Assembly (NCBI GenBank): GCA_024626585.2
Contig: JANKJI020000004.1
Location: 136,927,738 to 136,946,244, forward strand
DNA from: Ginkgo biloba
Taxonomy: Eukaryota > Plantae > Ginkgophyta
Length of the DNA: 18,507 bases
Reading direction: 5' to 3'
The notes under the pieces were generated by a model. The model saw only the letters and a list, made by a program, of their open reading frames with translations, was not told where the DNA came from and ran no database searches. The first letter of the stretch is position 1; every line of letters begins with the position of its first letter. Of this stretch, positions 10,947 through 18,507 are shown one piece after another. The translations under genes and the position numbers were made by a program.

Positions 10947-12863
10947 TCATTGAGGATGCCTTGGAATATAAACATCCACCAGCACCTTCAATTCCAATCA
11001 CCTTCGGTTTACCTAGGAGCAAACTTGACTGTTACAACTAAATATTCAACCCGATCATGCAATTATTCTGCTATTATATTGTCTTGCAAATCATTATGCC
11101 AAACTTATGTTGCCAAGGCCATTCAGTCTGAACCAAGGAACCAAAAGGGTCAAAAGTTAAAACTTTTTTGAAGAAAAAAATTGAACGATACAAAATTTTG
11201 GTCATTACATTTTGAGTTCTTCACTACACATTGACAAAACCCAGATTCAAATCNNNNNNNNNNNNNNNNNNNNNNNNNNNNNNNNNNNNNNNNNNNNNNN
11301 NNNNNNNNNNNNNNNNNNNNNNNNNNNNNNNNNNNNNNNNNNNNNNNNNNNNNCTTACCCCATTTTTCATAAGATTGTTGTGTGTCATCTTTACCCACCT
11401 ACATGCTACAACCTTCTCTTCCTTATTCATCTCCATATGTTAGAGTTAGCACCTTATTGGTGCACTTTTAAATGCTAGCACTGCATTAATCCCCTTCTTA
11501 TTAGATGCCATGCCATCATTCAACAACACATGGTGTGGTGAACTAGTCCCAACCATAATTTCATTTTTAGACTCGATTACATGGGTTATAAGCCTCCAAT
11601 AACTCCATCTTCTACTTCTCCTTAGTTTCCCCCCTAGTTGGAGGCTTCTCATCTTGTTCACTCGTGTCCCCTTTCACCATCTCCAACAAGTGAACTCCCC
11701 CTTCTATCCCTTTCACTCACCCTTATTTATTTTATAGGTATTAGAGCATAGTATGATCATCTATGTTATTGTCAAGGAAATGCGATCCCCATCTAGTCAC
11801 CAAATGTTACAAGGGGCCAACCCCCCTTGCTTGGACCACTTGAGTGGAAGATGATTTGGCATCTGCATGGGGGTGTTATTCTTTTATTCTTCATGTTGAT
11901 GTATGAATGGGATGCCCTTAGATCATGTACTTGTGTGATTTTATTTGATGAAGACTTATCTTGATGGTTAGGTTATGCTCACACATGTGGGANNNNNNNN
12001 NNNNNNNNNNCCCCCAATGGCACCTTTTCATACATGTGTGAGCTTCATGAGCACATGTGTGAGAATGAATTTTTGGGGAGGGAAGATTGACAAAGAGGAA
12101 GAAATTTTACATGGGAGTTTTTGGTAATTCATCTTGTGTGTGGAAAATATTTTGGGAAGAGGAGAGGAGAGTTTTGGTAAGCAATTTTTCTTCTATTTTT
12201 GTTAATTTTTACTGATTTTGTGCTTGGGCCAGACAGTTTTCTATCTGCGTTTCAATCCACTGCACAGAATGTTCCAAGCATACTTCCTAACCTTGATAAC
12301 AACTGGAATCAAATTTGAAGGGCAGGTCCTTCTTTCAGTATAAGCGCTCTTTGGAATTTAAATCGTCATTGCACTGTGGAGTAATGATTCCGTTCAAAAT
12401 ACAAGCAGCACTAATTAAAGAACCTACATAATGAAAATGCCCTACAAAAAGTACTCTTCCTCTGACGAGCAGAATTTTAGTGTGGCTTGTCATTTAACAG
12501 GCAGAATATCCACACAGACATCATGCGACAGATTGAAAAGCATTTGAAAATCTTCAAATTTGAAGGAATCAAACATTAGCGAAAACCCCACCGACTGATA
12601 TGCAGGCTGTTTCAATGCCATGAACTTAAATATTACTCTGGTTTTCCACACCGGAAGGTCTATTGTCCAATTCCTGAGTTTAACAACAGAACCCATTCAC
12701 GGACCAAGCCCGTCAAGACCCTGAACCAGACCAGGACCTCGGTTAAATCTCCCCTATATTTGAATTTTTAATTAATGCATTTCAACAAGTATAGATCGTT
12801 TTCAGAACCAAAAACACTGCAATTAAGACCCGACAAAATAATAAATAGACGCAATGAGGATAC

Positions 12864-12890
12864 TGATTCATCAAAGATGTCTTCCCAACC
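12864..12890 (-). CDS. RABG3: Rab7/RABG3 coding exon 2, 27-nt microexon (VGKTSLMNQ)
   Basis: Acceptor TTTCTTGCAG follows a 103-nt intron (12891-12993). The exon G GTT GGG AAG ACA TCT TTG ATG AAT CA completes the P-loop GDSGVGKT in frame and is followed by GTATCCTC. Confidence 0.95.
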
Positions 12891-12993
12891 CTGCAAGAAA
12901 AAAAAACACAGACAATAAATACCAAAAATTAATAATGGTTAAAAAGGAAAATTTACTTACTTCCTTGAAAAGCGACAGAAGCCGGAAACCTAC

Positions 12994-13046
12994 CCGCTGT
13001 CACCGAGAACGATGACCTTCAACAATGAACGCTTCCGAGTCGACAT
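12994..13046 (-). CDS. RABG3: Rab7/RABG3-family small GTPase, coding exon 1 (MSTRKRSLLKVIVLGDSG)
   Basis: Reverse complement reads ATG TCG ACT CGG AAG CGT TCA TTG TTG AAG GTC ATC GTT CTC GGT GAC AGC GG|GTAGGT. This is the Rab7 N-terminus (R/K-rich, LLKVIVLGDSG, first half of the P-loop), followed by a phase-2 GT donor at 12993. Confidence 0.96.
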
Positions 13047-13058
13047 TTATTTACGTCC

Positions 13059-13167
13059 CTGGTAAGAAATATTGAGCTCAGCGAAGCAGAACAGGTCTCA
13101 AGTCTAGGCTTTTCGCCAGATTATGTTTTCTTTCGTATTCATATACATATTCATCAAGAGCCGTTAC
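13059..13167 (-). other. Probable 5'UTR intron of the Rab7 gene (109 nt)
   Basis: Strong donor CAG|GTAACG at 13167. Acceptor TTTCTTACCAG|G at 13059, 12 nt upstream of the ATG. Branch-like CTGAG/CTCAAT lies just upstream of the acceptor. No transcript evidence. Confidence 0.6.
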
Positions 13168-16100
13168 CTGACTGAAAGTTCAATATTCCCGTCAATTCTT
13201 TTTGCAGAAATCGTAGCTCAAACATGACGAGAATTATTCCGATTGTCATCAACTGCGTNNNNNNNNNNNNNNNNNNNNNNNNNNNNNNNNNNNNNNNNNN
13301 NNNNNNNNNNNNNNNNNNNNNNNNNNNNNNNNNNNNNNNNNNNNNNNNNNNNNNNNNNNNNNNNNNNNNNNNNNNNNNNNNNNNNNNNNNNNNNNNNNNN
13401 NNNNNNNNNNNNNNNNNNNNNNNNNNNNNNNNNNNNNNNNNNNNNNNNNNNNNNNNNNNNNNNNNNNNNNNNNNNNNNNNNNNNNNNNNNNNNNNNNNNN
13501 NNNNNNNNNNNNNNNNNNNNNNNNNNNNNNNNNNNNNNNNNNNNNNNNNNNNNNNNNNNNNNNNNNNNNNNNNNNNNNNNNNNNNNNNNNNNNNNNNNNN
13601 NNATGACGAGTTTATATTTAAAATAATTATTTGAAAATCGAACATAGGAATTGAGAGCATCAATTCTAAAGCCATTGATGCAAATGTGAATTGGATAGAT
13701 TTGGGCAAGGACATGACGTATCAATTAAGATGTAGATGCAGAAGCAACAAATTCAACCAGATACTTTGAAAAAGATGTTCGACTTTTGCTAAAGAATACA
13801 TAATATATTCCTTCATGTAGATAAAATCATCATTTTGAGAGTACTTTGATGGGAAATAATCATACAACACCTTTCTTTCAATAGTTAATTGATAATTCCT
13901 ACTATAGGATCATTGGAGTTGGAACCTCTCTTTAAAATGTTATGAAAGAACAAGTGTATTGCCACTTTATAATAATAAAAAGTATAATGCCTCTAAAATT
14001 AACCCAAGTGGTGAAGAGCAGTCACTTTTATCAAATATGCGAACATTCAAATAATACAGGATATAGCCAATAAGCAATGTAGTCCATTGAAGCAATATAT
14101 GAAAATATGTCATTTCATAGAAAAGTTTAAAAAAAGAAACGCACTCACACTCTTTTTCAATCACATGAGATTAATGTATACATAATTTCAAAAAGAGAAA
14201 TTATGCCAAACATTTTTGTGTCTCTTCTACCAGTGGTATAATTATAAATCCTAATAAACCATTATTCCATTTTGCAAACTTATTTGGACCCACAAAGATA
14301 TATGTGTTATAACACCCTTTCATATAGCATTGAAACACTTACAACTACCTAACTACTCTTTTCATGATACGAACATTAGGCCCACCAAAAGAGGATTTGT
14401 TATTATCATATATATCCCCATAAATTTTGCAATACTCTTGTTTAAGGTTGAACATATCAATAAACTAAACAAAGGCATATAGCAACAAGTGCTGACCTTA
14501 AAGAGTAAAAGTTTGTATGATTTGTATATAATTGAAAAACATAATACATATTAAAGAATTAGCCATAAGGGTTTATTATACATTAAGAGTTTATGTGGTT
14601 TGATTATTAATATCATTAATCAGTTAACATCTTAGTATCTAGTATACATCTATTTTACNNNNNNNNNNNNNNNNNNNNNNNNNNNNNNNNNNNNNNNNNN
14701 NNNNNNNNNNNNNNNNNNNNNNNNNNNNNNNNNNNNNNNNNNNNNNNNNNNNNNNNNNCTATGAATTAGTTTATTATGTTGCATTTAATTGATAGGTTGC
14801 TCTTGTAGTGTCATAGATGTTGCTTCTTATGTAGGTGTTAGTAGTGCCAAATAATCAAATTCACTGAGTATACTTATCAACTCTCTATATCTCACCTTCT
14901 TCTTTGGTCTAATATCCTTAACATCATTCTTCTATTTCTACAAAATGGCCCTAAGGTCATTTTGTATCCATTATTTTGAGGCTTCATAACCTAAAACATT
15001 TTATGACAATTCTCTCCAAGGGTATCTCTGCTCCACTCTACTCTTTATATTCCTATTAAATGGGAATGGGGTGATGTTGAGGCCATTTTTTTCTTAAAAA
15101 ATAATGTAAGTTAGCATACCCTTTAATAAGTAGCACTTGTAATTATAATACCTTAATTATGTACTTATCCTACTTGTTCTCTTAGTTGGCATTGCCTTAA
15201 CCAACACCATTATTTTCCAACAAGTGTAATTATCATGTATTATGGTGTGCACATGCAATTAAGTGCACACAATGTTGAAAACAAATGATAATTTAACAAT
15301 ATAAAAAGTAAATTGACTATAATAAGTTACAAGTGGAGGCAAGAAATTAGTTTAAAAATTAAAGGGAATTCAAATATGAAAACCTATCCCCTTCTCCAAG
15401 AATTTGCAAGATTATGAGAAGGTTCTCCAAGATTTAAGAAAGCTCCAAAACCTTCAATTTGCATAGTTATAAAAGGAAGGAAGGAAGTGTTACATTCTTA
15501 AAGAAGGCATACAATTATATTATATATAAAGAGGATGAAACAAGCATGCTTTAAGAGAGATGTAGCAATTATTTATTAAAGAGATCTAGCATTATATTAT
15601 ATTCCCTTATGAGGTTATTATGAGTAGAATTCATATGGAAGGATGTTCAAATTTGGCTCAATTCAAGGGTCTTAATATATTACAATTATATTCTATGCCT
15701 TAGATTTATTGAGTTTAAAGGCTTTAAATTATTGTAATTATTCATTTTAAGAAAACATAATACTTTTCTCTAAGAGATGCATTTATCAACTGCACTTATA
15801 AAAGACCATCAAATATAAACCCAAGACTGTATTCTAATATAGAATCCTTAAAGATTTAGAAGTGAATGAGTAATCTAATTCTGGTTAAGGAATTGTATTG
15901 GTTTATACTATCTCAACCACTTAGAGGTATTCTACTATCCTAGTTCACCCTAATTGTCTTGGTTTGAAGCTAAAATTTTGCTCCAAAACTCCAAACATGT
16001 TGCCAAGAAAAAATTGTTAACTTTCAGGTGATGTTGTTTAAGATCTACCATATAGATAGAGGTATTGTTTAAAAGCTAGCTTATGGGTGACATGTTGTTT

Positions 16101-18507
16101 AATAACTATCTTATGAGTGATGTGGCTCTAATGAAGAGAAAGTAAAGTTACTTCATTATGCTCATATGTACTTCACACATGAACTATTACTAGGAATTTG
16201 ATAGCGACTCCTTCAACCTATAATAATATGATTGTAACTTCTAATATCTAGATTCTTCAAGTAAGGATCCAATTAGGAAAGAGAATCTAGAAGAGGAAAA
16301 ATACGGAAGTAATAAAAGGAAAGAGCTTGAGATAGAAATTGGATAGAATGATAAAGTGTTTATATTAATAAAAGTCTCTCTCTCTCTTTGATTATCAAGA
16401 GGAGGTCTCATACATATATGAAATTGTCATTATGATTATGGCCTAATCTCTCTTGAATGTTTAATCTAGGTCCACAAAAATCATACTTATCCAAAATGTA
16501 AAGCATATACATCCATTAATATAATTAATAGTAATTTCCCTACAAAGAGTCATTTTAGGATGCATGTGAATTACATGTATTTTATAAGAAAATCTCTAGG
16601 AATAAAAACTCATAATTTAAGTAGGTTATTTTAGGAACATTATTCTCATAATTTAACCTTTAGGTAATAGCTCTCACTAATACATGAATGCCATATGTTG
16701 ACCTATATAGTTTGCTAAGAACTAATTCTTGTAATAGTTCTGCCTCTTAAACTTGTATGCTAAAAGTAACAAAGCATAAAGTTATCAAAGTGTTAGAATC
16801 AATCCATTTATATAAATAAATACAAAAGAATGTACAAGAATAAAATGCTATACTATTAGGGGCAAGGGTAAATAAAATAACATTGATTAACACATTACTA
16901 TTGGTCAGTGGCGACAACCTAATGAGTTTACGTGGCTTCCAACCAAACCTCTAGTGCCATAAAGACTCATCGTCATCCCTAAATGATCTTCCCATTTGAG
17001 TCCACACCCCTGTAGCTAATAAGTGTGCTATGTGTAGGTCTATTTCAACCCCTCTTTGGAACTTAGGGTTATTCTCTCTCTAGAATACCCTTACATTCTT
17101 GATAGTAAAAGAATGAAATATCCTCTGATTGCATAATGTGAGCAAAAAAAATATATGTATCCTATACATAGATCCATAAAAGTTAGATTGAAAATAATGG
17201 TCCACTATAGTTGCTAGCGGAACCTATAGCATGATAACATATCATGAGGGTTATCAAGATGCTAGCCCTACCCTCTCTGTCAGAACCCTATAATAAATGA
17301 TCATAAAAAGGGTTATGTGTTAGTNNNNNNNNNNNNNNNNNNNNNNNNNNNNNNNNNNNNNNNNNNNNNNNNNNNNNNNNNNNNNNNNNNNNNNNNNNNN
17401 NNNNNNNNNNNNNNNNNNNNNNNNTTTTATATTTTGTCAAGAGAATATTACCCCTTGGCTTGAGAAATTCATCCAATAATAAGGGTTGGATTATTTCTTA
17501 AATATCTATTATAGTTCCATTGACCTTAGCCAAGATTTAATCCCAAGGCTAGTATATCCTCTTGCATAATATTTTTTAATTAAATTTTATAACTCATTGT
17601 TTAATAATTAGCCTTGGTATGGTGTATGGTATAGGTGCACGATTTAGGATTTAAGTTTACTTCCTATCCAGTGGTATTTTATTATTGAATTTATTCATTT
17701 TGTAAGCTCAAATGTCAAAATATAGCCTATACAAAACCCACAATAGTCACATATCCATCCCTCTTAAATTTATATTATAAATAATAAAAGCACTAAAATA
17801 AATGACATCTGAATGTGTATACACTTAAAGAATTACACCTTGATTGGTTAGGATTTTGGGGTTTACTAAGACACTAAAGGTTCAATATGATAAAAATATT
17901 TTATGTATGTGTGTTAGAGAGAGGAATTAATGACCATGACCCTATCTCTGCATAAGAAGTAGGGAACGAGGGATGTTGATATGTTCTTCTATGCACATCA
18001 TATGGTGTTATGTAAATAGTGTTAGGGTATGATCAGTCATAAAAAAATACTAAAACTAAAGATTGTCGCATTATCTATCGATTTCTTTCGACACACATGT
18101 TTTCACCTCATGGCCTCCAATGAGAAAAGTTATGTGGTTTGCATACTGATGAAGTAGAATAATTTAGTTTTCAGATAGAAATGTGAGTCACGTGATTAGA
18201 TTGTTTAAGGGTTTAAAGGCTCCATTATTTTACTCTTAGATTTTTTTGGTCATGGTTAGACAATTATTTCTTTTTTAGTTTTGTGTTTGTAGGTCAAAGT
18301 ATCTATAATCTAGAAAGAATATAGGTTAGAGAAGCAAGAATAAGGAATGAGGTAAATGAAAGAAGTTTTTATCTTTAATAGTTTCATTTTACTAGCTCCT
18401 CTTTGCAAAAATTGATAAATGAAAGAAATAAATATTTTTTAGAATTGAAGATGAAGACACAGGTGGAGGTGGAGGATGCATGCAAAAGTATGTAGGCCAA
18501 AGCAACA

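Larger units (their letters stand above)
8048..12863 (-). other. U12-type (minor spliceosome) GT-AG intron 2 of the Rab7 gene, ~4.8 kb including N gaps
   Basis: 5' splice site GTATCCTC (U12 consensus RTATCCTT). Branch-like GCCTTCAC at 8069-8062 (consensus TCCTTRAC), with its A ~15 nt from the terminal AG. No polypyrimidine tract (…CCTTCACTAAGCACTGAACAG). Confidence 0.85.

Noticed and set aside
13605-14164. Possible decayed transposase (FKLFYEMT, reminiscent of hAT)
   Set aside because: Only one short motif, with no further collinear similarity in any frame.
15225-16560. Possible solo-LTR fragments (TG…CA ends, TATAAAAGG at ~15468, TGATAGCGAC at ~16199)
   Set aside because: No paired LTR, TSD, PBS or PPT could be demonstrated. 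Probably repeat-derived but not callable.
16907-16920. CAGTGGCGAC as a retrotransposon primer-binding site
   Set aside because: The match to a tRNA 3' end does not visibly extend beyond ~7 nt, and no LTR or gag context follows.

Overview
AT-rich, CpG-depleted, gap-ridden eukaryotic DNA typical of a large-genome land plant. A gymnosperm draft assembly is my inference; the species cannot be fixed from the sequence. The one clearly functional feature, missed by the ORF track, is the 5' part of a Rab7/RABG3 small GTPase gene on the minus strand. Coding exons at 13046-12994, 12890-12864 and 8047-7948 splice to [60 protein letters not shown]. Its ~4.8 kb second intron has minor-spliceosome (U12-type GT-AG) signals. 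A probable 5'UTR intron with a spliced uORF lies upstream. I could not find the remaining exons (from IWDTAGQE on); they may be in N gaps or beyond position 1. The rest is decayed repeat DNA: Ty3/gypsy RT and integrase fragments, a possible hAT remnant, a possible PPR pseudogene fragment and several local or dispersed repeats. I see no support for a new multi-gene system, CRISPR array or RNA gene. Most long 'ORFs' in the track are N-gap artefacts.
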